Positions 1-8,133 are shown, counted from the stretch's first letter. The stretch: 22,591 nt of DNA from Arcobacteraceae bacterium (GCA_048268245.1 JBLWVX010000037.1:1-22591), one strand, 5' to 3'. Program-made: numbers and translations. Notes: generated by a model from the sequence alone, not told the origin.

Positions 1-207
1 TTTTTCAATTCAAATAGAGATGAATATGCAAATATTATAGAATATGATGATAAATTATATGGTGCACAAACAACAGATGAAGAACTTTTATCTTCAGGTA
101 ATCTTGCTGAGAATCATTTATATGGAGGAGATGGCTTTGATAGTTATAGTATAAAAGATTATGTGACTATTGAAGATGTTTTAGAATTTGAAAAATTAAT
201 AGCTTAA
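1..207 (+). CDS. 3' end of an RTX (hemolysin-type Ca-binding repeat) protein; partial at window edge, possibly truncated
   Basis: Frame 1 is open from the window start to TAA at 205-207 and reads FFNSNRDEYANIIEYDDKLYGAQTTDEELLSSGNLAENHLYGGDGFDSYSIKDYVTIEDVLEFEKLIA*. DDKLYG and NHLYGGDGFDSY resemble RTX glycine/aspartate nonapeptides. Confidence 0.6.
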   Translation, partial: FFNSNRDEYANIIEYDDKLYGAQTTDEELLSSGNLAENHLYGGDGFDSYSIKDYVTIEDVLEFEKLIA

Positions 208-313
208 GAACTAAAAAATATGATGTTTAATTGGTAGAATAAAATTAGTAAAAAAGTTGTGAAATTGATAAAGGAAGATTTTATATGAATAATAGATTTA
301 AAAAGAGGTCAAA

Positions 314-1045
314 ATGTCAGGAATAATTATACTTCCAATAATTCTAATCTATATTTTTGTTGCTTTTTTAATATATAAAATAGTTTTAAAAAGTACAGAT
401 AAAAAGTTTTTTTCAAGAATGGTTTTTATTGCAGTAATAACTTTTCCTTTTTGGGATTTGATACTTCAAAAAACAATTAAAACTATTTATCAATTTCCAG
501 GGGTGTTAGAACCCAAAATATATGCTTATCCTGAGAAAGATGAGAATGGAATGATTGAAAGTTATCAAGTAGAAGTATTAACTATTAATTCTTATTGGGA
601 TTATACTATTGAAGGGAAAATAAAAAATAACTATAAGAATATTTTAAAAGAAAAAATAAAATATTTAGATTTTATTTTTTCTAATGAGGAAAATAAAATA
701 TTTAGATTTTATTTAAATGGTGAAAATATAGTTTATAAAATAATTAACAATGAAAAAGCTAGATTTAAACATAAATGGAAAATCCGTCAAGAAAGAATAT
801 TTGGTTTATACACTCTTGGTGGGCAAGAAGTTTTTGATACAAGAACTAATATGCTTTTAGCAGAGTCTTTTTCTATAGGCTTTCCCGATATAAAGTTATT
901 TACATATGTTAGAAATCATATTTTATTTTTAACAACAGGAACAGGTAATAGTATGATAAATGTATATGGAATGAATAATCATAATAATAATTTATGGCTT
1001 AAATTAGTTTTGAATATAAATATGAAAGATAAAGGAAATAAATAA
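314..1045 (+). CDS. Hypothetical membrane-anchored protein (two N-terminal hydrophobic segments), RTX-locus associated
   Basis: 243-aa ORF with an AGAGG RBS upstream. Two hydrophobic stretches in the first ~50 aa are followed by a soluble domain with no recognised catalytic motif. Confidence 0.7.
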   Translation: MSGIIILPIILIYIFVAFLIYKIVLKSTDKKFFSRMVFIAVITFPFWDLILQKTIKTIYQFPGVLEPKIYAYPEKDENGMIESYQVEVLTINSYWDYTIEGKIKNNYKNILKEKIKYLDFIFSNEENKIFRFYLNGENIVYKIINNEKARFKHKWKIRQERIFGLYTLGGQEVFDTRTNMLLAESFSIGFPDIKLFTYVRNHILFLTTGTGNSMINVYGMNNHNNNLWLKLVLNINMKDKGNK

Positions 1046-1046
1046 A

Positions 1047-1217
1047 ATGGCAATTAATTTAGAAACAATAGAAATAAACGGATTATTAGCTGAATTTGCA
1101 TATTTGCAATTAGAAAGTAGTTGGTTTGATGGATATACTGATGTGGGTATAAAAAGAAGTATATATAATAAATCAGATGTTCTAGACTTTATAGATATTG
1201 CCATAAATGAAAAATAG
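1047..1217 (+). pseudogene. 56-aa gene stub, probably the N-terminus of a larger secreted (RTX/lipase-like) protein
   Basis: ATG lies 1 nt after the upstream stop, with an AAGGA RBS. It translates as MAINLETIEINGLLAEFAYLQLESSWFDGYTDVGIKRSIYNKSDVLDFIDIAINEK*. The TAG stop is the first three bases of the inverted repeat. Confidence 0.5.
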
Positions 1218-1272
1218 GGGTCAGTCGCCACCTTAAAATTTCAAGTTATTTTAAGGTGGCGACTGACCCCTA
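1215..1272. repeat. Perfect 25-bp inverted repeat (REP/MITE-like hairpin)
   Basis: TAGGGGTCAGTCGCCACCTTAAAAT (1215-1239), loop TTCAAGTT, then ATTTTAAGGTGGCGACTGACCCCTA (1248-1272). It is visibly more GC-rich than its surroundings. Confidence 0.9.
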
Positions 1273-1333
1273 CAATTTCTACAATTGACCCTTACAATAG
1301 TAGTGATGAATTAGCAAGTTTTTTTGAAAACAG

Positions 1334-1361
1334 ACTAAAAGAGTTTGAAAACTCTTTTAGT
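1334..1361 (-). terminator. Intrinsic terminator downstream of the NlpC/P60 gene (likely bidirectional)
   Basis: ACTAAAAGAGTT-TGAA-AACTCTTTTAGT hairpin just past the stop at 1380. Confidence 0.7.
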
Positions 1362-1379
1362 GTTCATTGGAAGTTATTT

Positions 1380-2651
1380 TTATAAGATTACTAAGCCTTG
1401 AATCTTTTTTAAGATACTTTTATCTTCATCAAAATCTTTTAGTTCTCTTCCCATATCAAGAGGTGTAATAGTAGCTTTTCCTATGATATGTCTGTATTCA
1501 TCACCATTTGAATCTTTTAGTTTTACACTCCAAACATTGTGCATTACAAGTGGTTCATTATCTTTGATACCAACATAAAGCATAATATGTCCTTTTAGGT
1601 ATACTAAAGTTGAAAAAGGCACTCCGTGTTTCATAAGAAATAGCTTTTTTTGTTTATTTGAAAGTTTTGACATATCTTTATAAAGACCATTTTTTGTTTG
1701 TCCTTTAGAGTTTCTTTTTAAATACTTTCCAAAAGGTGCAAAGAAATCTTTTGTAAAAGAAGAACAATCTCTGTTGTTTAGTAATCCACCCCATCCGTAA
1801 GGTTCATTTAGAAGCTGTTTTGCGATTTTGATTCTATTTTTTGTATTATATTTTATAGGAAAAACTGATACTTCCTCATCTTTTATATTTATATATGAAA
1901 TTTTTGCTTTTTGTTTTTGAACTTTCTTAGCTACTAGATATGTATCATTTTTTTTAGGGAAAATTGTACCTACTTTTATATACTCTCTAAAACCATTTTC
2001 ATATAAAGGAAACTTTTCTTTTGTTGCTATAAAATAGTCATTTGTTTTAAACTCCTTTATAAACTCTTCATCTACAAAAGCAATATCTCTTATACTAACC
2101 CATCCTCCAAAACTAGAAGCTTGAGCATAAACCCATGCTTTATCTTTTGATAAATGGGAGATTATAATAGGTGAGTTTATTTTAAGAAGTGAGTTTTGAT
2201 TATAATCAAAAGGAAAACCTTCCCCTGGTTTTGTTGGTTTAAAAAACATAGGTTGATTTGTAGGTAAAATTCTTACATTTGTATTTTTTAAAGTAATTGC
2301 TTTTTTCTTTAGTGTATTGTAGTTTTCAAAGTTTGCATTTGTTTCTTGCTTTATAAACCAATCTAATGAAGCTTTTTTGTAGTTTTCTAAGTAAACCTCT
2401 CTTAGTTTGTAGTTTAGTCCCCACATAGCTTCTATTTGGTTATATGACACTTCTTTTTGACTCCAAGGTGAGAAATGCTTTTCTAGAAGTTTATAAGCTT
2501 CTTTATTTTGATTCATAAAGTTGTCATCTGCTAACTTCTCTTTTATATTTATATCTGAAATTTCTATTTTTTCTATGTTTTTACTAGTACAAGCAGTAAA
2601 TAAACTAGCTATTAAAATGATAAAAAATGTATTTAATATAGTTGTTTTCAT
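1380..2651 (-). CDS. SH3-domain NlpC/P60 (C40) peptidoglycan endopeptidase lipoprotein
   Basis: Lipobox LFTAC; SH3-like segments (WVYAQASSFGGWV); catalytic PYGWGG...RDCSSF, GHIMLYVG and downstream His (VMHN). Confidence 0.9.
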   Translation of the reverse strand: MKTTILNTFFIILIASLFTACTSKNIEKIEISDINIKEKLADDNFMNQNKEAYKLLEKHFSPWSQKEVSYNQIEAMWGLNYKLREVYLENYKKASLDWFIKQETNANFENYNTLKKKAITLKNTNVRILPTNQPMFFKPTKPGEGFPFDYNQNSLLKINSPIIISHLSKDKAWVYAQASSFGGWVSIRDIAFVDEEFIKEFKTNDYFIATKEKFPLYENGFREYIKVGTIFPKKNDTYLVAKKVQKQKAKISYINIKDEEVSVFPIKYNTKNRIKIAKQLLNEPYGWGGLLNNRDCSSFTKDFFAPFGKYLKRNSKGQTKNGLYKDMSKLSNKQKKLFLMKHGVPFSTLVYLKGHIMLYVGIKDNEPLVMHNVWSVKLKDSNGDEYRHIIGKATITPLDMGRELKDFDEDKSILKKIQGLVIL

Positions 2652-2744
2652 TTTATAATCCTTTTTAAATATTTTATAAATGGATTGTATTAAAATAAGA
2701 TTGTAAATAAGTTAAAGTATGACTTTAATTTAATAAACTTCACT

Positions 2745-2769
2745 AAAAAGAGGTTTTAAACCTCTTTTT
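2745..2769 (-). terminator. Intrinsic terminator of the tsoY-like gene
   Basis: AAAAAGAGGTTT-T-AAACCTCTTTTT hairpin directly at the stop codon. Confidence 0.7.
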
Positions 2770-3929
2770 TAGAATTCAAACTTTGTTTTTAGTTTGAAGA
2801 AATAAATGATTGTTTTAATTTGAATATAAATAAATGGAAGCATCAATAAAAAGTATGCTATAGAGTATTTTGCAATAACTGTATTAAAAGTTAGACCAAA
2901 ATTTATAAAAAACATACCAAATACAAAAAATGCAACACCTGGACAAATAAGTGCAAAAGATACAGGTGATTTATCCTCTCCATTTACGTATTTATCAAAG
3001 TATCCAATCTCTTTCATTACTTTGTATCCTAAAAGTCCAAAGATTACTTGAAGTGATACAATTGTTGCAGTTAAAGTAAATAATGACGATTTAGCAAGTG
3101 TTGCTTCAAAGTTATGGTGTAAACCAAAAGTAACTCTAATGGCAGTAATTCCTAAAAGCGTTAAAATTGGTAAGATAATCCATAAAGAAGGACTAGCTTC
3201 AATTGAAACACCATGTTCAAACATATTTTTAAATCCCATTGTAAGTTTAATAATAAGTAGTAAAATACTAACAGAAGCAAAAAATATAGCTGCAAAAATA
3301 CCAATAGCATTTACTGTGATATTGTGACTCATAGCTCCTGGTGCTGCAAAACCTACAGCTATCATAGCAAAGGCAAAGATTGAAATCATTTGAGAAAGGT
3401 TATTGTTTTTTGTAAAGTCAAAATCTCCTTTTATCAAAAGTCTTGAAAAGTAGTTCATAAATATTTTAAGACCAAAATACCCAGCAACTACAAACCCAAG
3501 AAGTGCAAATGGGAACATATATTCAACTATACTCCATAAATTTGGAACAAAAACAGCTCCTAAAACAAAACATACATTAATAGTCATAGTATATGTTAAT
3601 GGCATTGTCATTAAAGTTATTTCAGAATTTGAATTTACTAACTCTTTATATTTATTTGTATTTTTAAATAGATTAAATTGTTTAGTATTCCAAATTAGTA
3701 GTTTAAAGTGAAAATATGCAAAAACTAGTATAAATACAAGTGAAAAAGCTATCACAAAAGATAGCCATGTCCCTTCAAGTAATTTAGGCATAATAAAATC
3801 AAAGGTTGCCATAGGTACACCTTCATGTGGTACTAGAAACATTAAATACATAAAAAATGATACAGATAATCCTCCTGCTCCTAGTGCAGATAAAAAACAC
3901 ATTGGTGTGAATTTTTCTCTTAGTTTCAT
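2769..3929 (-). CDS. tsoY: TsoY-family (seleno)protein, polytopic membrane protein, Cys-containing form
   Basis: The N-terminal signature PMCFLSALGAGGLSVSFFMYLMFLVPH, plus NNLSQM and FALICPGVA motifs, match my recollection of the TsoY family. About 10 TM segments. Confidence 0.7.
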   Translation of the reverse strand: MKLREKFTPMCFLSALGAGGLSVSFFMYLMFLVPHEGVPMATFDFIMPKLLEGTWLSFVIAFSLVFILVFAYFHFKLLIWNTKQFNLFKNTNKYKELVNSNSEITLMTMPLTYTMTINVCFVLGAVFVPNLWSIVEYMFPFALLGFVVAGYFGLKIFMNYFSRLLIKGDFDFTKNNNLSQMISIFAFAMIAVGFAAPGAMSHNITVNAIGIFAAIFFASVSILLLIIKLTMGFKNMFEHGVSIEASPSLWIILPILTLLGITAIRVTFGLHHNFEATLAKSSLFTLTATIVSLQVIFGLLGYKVMKEIGYFDKYVNGEDKSPVSFALICPGVAFFVFGMFFINFGLTFNTVIAKYSIAYFLLMLPFIYIQIKTIIYFFKLKTKFEF

Positions 3930-4046
3930 TTGTTTTCCTTATAATAAATTGATTTGTAATATTAGTAGAAATTATATTAAATTCTTATGAATAAGTTATA
4001 ACTTTTTATTATAATAATAGTTAATATGGCTTACTAAGCCTTTTAT

Positions 4047-4055
4047 TGCTATAGT
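4047..4055 (+). promoter_or_regulatory. Putative extended -10 promoter element for the GGDEF gene
   Basis: TGCTATAGT (TGnTATAAT with one mismatch), 26 nt upstream of the ATG at 4082. Confidence 0.4.
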
Positions 4056-4081
4056 TTGAGTAATAAAACTAGGGTAGGTAA

Positions 4082-4921
4082 ATGTATAAAATTTCTGTTT
4101 CAAAAGATTTATTTGAAGATATACTATTAAAAAAAACTTCTTTACTTACAAAAAATAGTTCTAAATATTGGAAAAAAGAGTTGCTTGAACCTAAAATAGT
4201 TGATGATAAAATCACATATTCAATAAAACAATTTGAAAAAATTCTTATTACAAATGGATTAGGAGAAGACAAACCACAGCTTGTAGTGGAGTGTAAAAAA
4301 GTGGATTATTCAAGCTCTTTTGATAGATTTGAATTTATTTTAGGGAAAGTCTTTGAGCAAAAAAATACTCAAGTTGAAGAAGATTATAAAGATACTTTAA
4401 TTGAACAACTTTTAAAAGAAAAAGAGTTACTTGAAGACAAAATGAATAGGGATCATCTAACCCAAGTTTACAACAGAAAAAAGATGCAAGAAGATTTAGA
4501 GCATTTTGTAACTCAAAACAACTCAAATCTTTTATGTGGTATTTTTATTGATGCTGATAGATTTAAAGGTATAAATGATAACTTTGGACATGATGCAGGG
4601 GATAGAACTTTACAGTACTTGGCAAATAAACTTCAAAATCATGCCAACTATCTAAATGGTGAAGTTTATAGATATGGTGGAGAAGAGTTTGTAATACTGT
4701 GTTTTTTGCCAAAAGAGCAAATTATTAAAAAAGTTGAAGATTTAAGAATTGATATTAAATCACAAAGAGTTTATCATAGAAATAAAGATATATCTCTTAC
4801 TGTTAGTATTGGAGTTTCTTTTTATGATGATTTTAAAGATAAAGAGTTATTACTTCAAAAAGCTGACGAAGCTGTTTATAAAGCAAAAGATAAGGGTAGG
4901 GATACAGTTGTATATGTCTAA
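4082..4921 (+). CDS. Diguanylate cyclase (GGDEF) with N-terminal ASCH/PUA-like domain and short coiled-coil linker
   Basis: DHLTQVYNR, IDADRFKGINDNFGHDAGD, RYGGEEF, TVSIGV and ADEAVYKAKDKGRD motifs. No TM segment. Confidence 0.9.
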   Translation: MYKISVSKDLFEDILLKKTSLLTKNSSKYWKKELLEPKIVDDKITYSIKQFEKILITNGLGEDKPQLVVECKKVDYSSSFDRFEFILGKVFEQKNTQVEEDYKDTLIEQLLKEKELLEDKMNRDHLTQVYNRKKMQEDLEHFVTQNNSNLLCGIFIDADRFKGINDNFGHDAGDRTLQYLANKLQNHANYLNGEVYRYGGEEFVILCFLPKEQIIKKVEDLRIDIKSQRVYHRNKDISLTVSIGVSFYDDFKDKELLLQKADEAVYKAKDKGRDTVVYV

Positions 4922-4945
4922 ACTAGAGTTTAAAAACTCTAGTTT
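4920..4945. terminator. Bidirectional terminator between the convergent GGDEF and cytochrome c genes
   Basis: AAACTAGAGTTT-AA-AAACTCTAGTTT inverted repeat. Confidence 0.75.
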
Positions 4946-4950
4946 TAAGA

Positions 4951-5229
4951 TTACTTAGCGATTTGATTAGCGATTGCTTCAATATCTGCATCAGATAAAG
5001 AAGAAACTTGACCTTTCATTAAACCTTTCATTGGTCCACCGTATGAACCATCTTTGTAACCTTTCATTGCTGCAATGAAATCTGCTTTTGACAAATCTTT
5101 GATAATCTTAGATTTACCTAATGCTGCTTTTTCTCCGTTTGCACCATGACAACCAACACATTTAGCATATGGGTTTGCAAATGCAACATATGCAGTTAAT
5201 AAAGATGCTACTACTACTAATTTTTTCAT
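4951..5229 (-). CDS. Monoheme periplasmic cytochrome c553-like (class I)
   Basis: Signal peptide (…AYVAFA), CVGCH heme-binding motif, YGGPMKGLMKGQV containing the axial Met region. Confidence 0.92.
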   Translation of the reverse strand: MKKLVVVASLLTAYVAFANPYAKCVGCHGANGEKAALGKSKIIKDLSKADFIAAMKGYKDGSYGGPMKGLMKGQVSSLSDADIEAIANQIAK

Positions 5230-5261
5230 AATTAAATCCTTCTACAATTTTATGATAATGT

Positions 5262-5303
5262 ATTTTAATAAATTTTATATTAGAAGTAATTGATTCTAGT
5301 CAA
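5262..5303 (-). promoter_or_regulatory. Class II Crp/Fnr-family activated promoter of the cytochrome c553 gene
   Basis: TTGAT-TCTA-GTCAA at 5290-5303, one mismatch to TTGAT-N4-ATCAA. TAAAAT -10 on the minus strand at 5267-5262 places the box centre at about -41.5. Confidence 0.65.
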
Positions 5304-5322
5304 TTTTTGTGGAAAAAAAGTC

Positions 5323-5350
5323 GAAAAGATAGTTTTTATACTATCTTTTC
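5323..5350 (-). terminator. Terminator of the mutase-ligase operon
   Basis: GAAAAGATAGT-TTTTAT-ACTATCTTTTC hairpin right after the ligase stop, followed by a T-run on the minus strand. Confidence 0.75.
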
Positions 5351-5351
5351 A

Positions 5352-6923
5352 TTATTTTGAAAGAATTTCGTTTTTTAATTCTTCTTTATTTATTTTATTT
5401 TTGTCGCTAGGAACTAGTGGGAGCGATTTTTTATAAATTATTTTTGAAGGTATCATATAAGAAGCTAGATGTTTTTTAAGTTCAAAACTTATCTCTTTAG
5501 GTGCTAGTTCACTTCTACTTGAATAAACCATAACTATTTCTTCTTCTATTTCTTCATTTGGAACAGAGAAGATTGCACATTGATCAATTTGAGGTAAATT
5601 ATTTTCAACTACTGATTCTATTTCATAAGGACTTACTCTAAATCCTCTTGTTTTTATCATATCATCATGTCTTGATACAAAGTAGAAGTAACCTTCTTCA
5701 TCTTTATAAACATAATCTCCTGTTGCTACAACTATCTCATCAGTTAATTGTCCCTCTAAATCTATTACATCTTTTAAAATTTGAATAGATTTAAATCTCT
5801 CTGCTGTTTCAACTGGTGCATTCCAGAAACCTTTGTAGATATATCCACCTCTATGAATTAACTCACCAATTTCTCTTGGTTTACACTCTTTACCTTCTTC
5901 ATTTATTACATAAAGTTCTACATCAGGTATTGCTTTACCAATTGAATCAGGTCTTATATGTATCTGAGATGGTTCAAGATAAGTTGATCTAAATGCTTCT
6001 GTTAATCCATGCATAGAGTAAAACTTAGCATCTGGGAAGTACTTATCTAAATCTTTAAGCATCTTATGCGTTACATTTCCACCTGATGATGTAAGTACTC
6101 TTACACTTGATAAAAGCTCAGCACTTGGAAGTCTATGTTCATCTTCATCAAACATATTTGCAATATTTACAGGCATTAAAGGAACTACTGTTACTTTATC
6201 ATTTATTAAGTGGTTGAAGAAATCTCCTGCAAGGATAAATCTATGAAGTGCTAAAGTTGCTCTTTTATATAGTGAGCAGAAAATTTGATTTAAACCGTAA
6301 TCAAGGTTAAAAATAAGTGTTCCTGAGATTACATCATCTTCTTTTAACTCTAAGTATTGAGATACTACTCTTGCACTATCGATTAGATTTCTATGAGATA
6401 TTACAATACCTTTTGGTTTTCCTGTAATTCCAAATGAGTAAGTAATAACTGCATTATCATGACCACTTATGTCATTATGAAATGGTTTATTATAGTATTT
6501 ATAAATTTCTTCAAATGAAGGAATATCTTTATGAGCTGTTTCATAAGATAAAATATGCCCATCAAATTTAATCTCTTCTATACTTTCAAGTTTCAACTTA
6601 TCAGTTATAATACATTTGATATCACAATCTTGTATGATATATTCAACCTGTTCAGGTTTTAATAGCTTTGTTAGTGGAACTAAAACATAATCAGTAGATA
6701 AAATAGCAAGTATTGCAATAACTTGATCTATTCCTTTGTTTGAATAAACACCAATTCTACTTCCCTTTGGTAGGTTTAACTCTTTTAAATAAAAAGCAAC
6801 TTGATTTGCTTTTTTTAATAAATCTTCATATGTAATACTTTTTTCATTGAATACTACAGCTGTTTTAGCTGGATGAGATACAGCTGAGTCTTCAAGTAAA
6901 GTTCTTATACAGTTAATAGACAT
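5352..6923 (-). CDS. AMP-forming adenylating enzyme (ANL superfamily), resembling the exosortase-A-associated acyl-CoA ligase family
   Basis: TGKPKGIVISHRN, LDYGLNQI, GLTEAFRSTYL…RPDSIGKAIP, GELIHRG…GFWNAPVETAERF, TGD, RHDDMIKTRGFRVSPYEIE and a C-terminal Lys motif. Confidence 0.88.
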   Translation of the reverse strand: MSINCIRTLLEDSAVSHPAKTAVVFNEKSITYEDLLKKANQVAFYLKELNLPKGSRIGVYSNKGIDQVIAILAILSTDYVLVPLTKLLKPEQVEYIIQDCDIKCIITDKLKLESIEEIKFDGHILSYETAHKDIPSFEEIYKYYNKPFHNDISGHDNAVITYSFGITGKPKGIVISHRNLIDSARVVSQYLELKEDDVISGTLIFNLDYGLNQIFCSLYKRATLALHRFILAGDFFNHLINDKVTVVPLMPVNIANMFDEDEHRLPSAELLSSVRVLTSSGGNVTHKMLKDLDKYFPDAKFYSMHGLTEAFRSTYLEPSQIHIRPDSIGKAIPDVELYVINEEGKECKPREIGELIHRGGYIYKGFWNAPVETAERFKSIQILKDVIDLEGQLTDEIVVATGDYVYKDEEGYFYFVSRHDDMIKTRGFRVSPYEIESVVENNLPQIDQCAIFSVPNEEIEEEIVMVYSSRSELAPKEISFELKKHLASYMIPSKIIYKKSLPLVPSDKNKINKEELKNEILSK

Positions 6924-6933
6924 GATGTTCCTT

Positions 6934-8133
6934 TTAAGATTTTACGCCAAGTGTCCAAATATCATAGTTATTATCCATAACTACATTTGGATTGTGCTCA
7001 GAGTTTAATATTTTTTGATAGAAAAATGATACAATATCTTCAATTTCTTCCGGCTTTAAAACTTTTGTTATTCCACCAGTAAATACGATAGAGTTTAAAA
7101 CTAAAAGCTTAATATTTACATACGAGTTTACATAAGTTGATACCTTACATAAAACTAAGAATATTGCTAATTGCATTAAAATAACTGTTGCTTTAGGACT
7201 TTGCTCTTCAAAAATATTTTCTGTAACTTTTAAGTGTGCAAGTAACTCATAAACAAACTCATTGTTTTTTGCAGCAAAGATTAGTGATTCTTTTGATTTG
7301 TAAACACCAAGTTTTTTAAATACAAGTCTGTCATATTCATTCTCAGTAACCATATTTTCATCTACTAAATCTTTTGAATAGTGAATATCAGTAGTCGCTC
7401 CACCAATATCTATTAGGATATATGGGTCTGCAACTGTAAACTTGCTTCCTATTTGAGGAAGAGTTTTGTTCACAATATATGGTGTTGAGTAGATTTGATT
7501 TGAAGTAATATCATATAAGTGTTTGATGTCTTCTTTACCCATAATATCAGCTTGATAAAGGTTTGTTAAGTACTCTTTCAAATGTTCTTCTTCAACATGA
7601 AGTTTATTTGTAATAATATTTGGTAAAACTTTTAGGTTCTTAATACTCTCACTTAAATATGGTGCATCCTTACTGCTTCCTACAAAAACAATATTTGAAT
7701 AATTTACATCATTTAAAAACTTAAATAATTTTTCATCAAACATACCACTTACAGAGTCAATTCCTCCAACAACTATAACAACATCAATTAATTCACTAGG
7801 AATTGATGTCTTTTCAATATCTTTATAAAGTACTGTATCAATAATATTAATTCCTGAATTAAAAGCAATATTTGTAGCATACTTTAGTGAAAAAGAGTTA
7901 GTAACCCCAATAATAAGTGTGCTTAAACCACCATTTGCAGAAGAACAAATAAATACATCTTCTTTTTCATAGTTATTGATTGTATCTCCACATTTATATG
8001 TTAAGTCATCATAGATGTCTTTATTAAAATCTCTAAAGTGTTGCTCAACACCTTTTGAAGTACTTACTTTAAAATAAGTACTTCCAACATCGATTAAAAG
8101 TTTATCATTTGTATTTTGGTTTACTTGGCTCAT
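6934..8133 (-). CDS. glmL: Glutamate mutase accessory/reactivating protein GlmL (MutL), actin-like ATPase fold
   Basis: LLIDVGSTYFK, CSSANGGL and ILIDIGGATTDIHY motifs; adjacent to the mutase S and E genes. Confidence 0.88.
   Translation of the reverse strand: MSQVNQNTNDKLLIDVGSTYFKVSTSKGVEQHFRDFNKDIYDDLTYKCGDTINNYEKEDVFICSSANGGLSTLIIGVTNSFSLKYATNIAFNSGINIIDTVLYKDIEKTSIPSELIDVVIVVGGIDSVSGMFDEKLFKFLNDVNYSNIVFVGSSKDAPYLSESIKNLKVLPNIITNKLHVEEEHLKEYLTNLYQADIMGKEDIKHLYDITSNQIYSTPYIVNKTLPQIGSKFTVADPYILIDIGGATTDIHYSKDLVDENMVTENEYDRLVFKKLGVYKSKESLIFAAKNNEFVYELLAHLKVTENIFEEQSPKATVILMQLAIFLVLCKVSTYVNSYVNIKLLVLNSIVFTGGITKVLKPEEIEDIVSFFYQKILNSEHNPNVVMDNNYDIWTLGVKS

Noticed and set aside
1004..1231. 75-aa minus-strand ORF
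   Set aside because: It is antisense to the better-supported plus-strand gene end and stub, and it starts inside the inverted repeat.
1215..1298. CRISPR array or tRNA
   Set aside because: It is a single hairpin with no regularly spaced repeats and no cloverleaf or T-loop motifs.
3985..4020. Short palindromes AAGTTATAACTT and TTATTATAATAA in the tsoY/GGDEF divergent region
   Set aside because: These could be regulator sites, but nearly pure A/T palindromes are expected by chance at this base composition.
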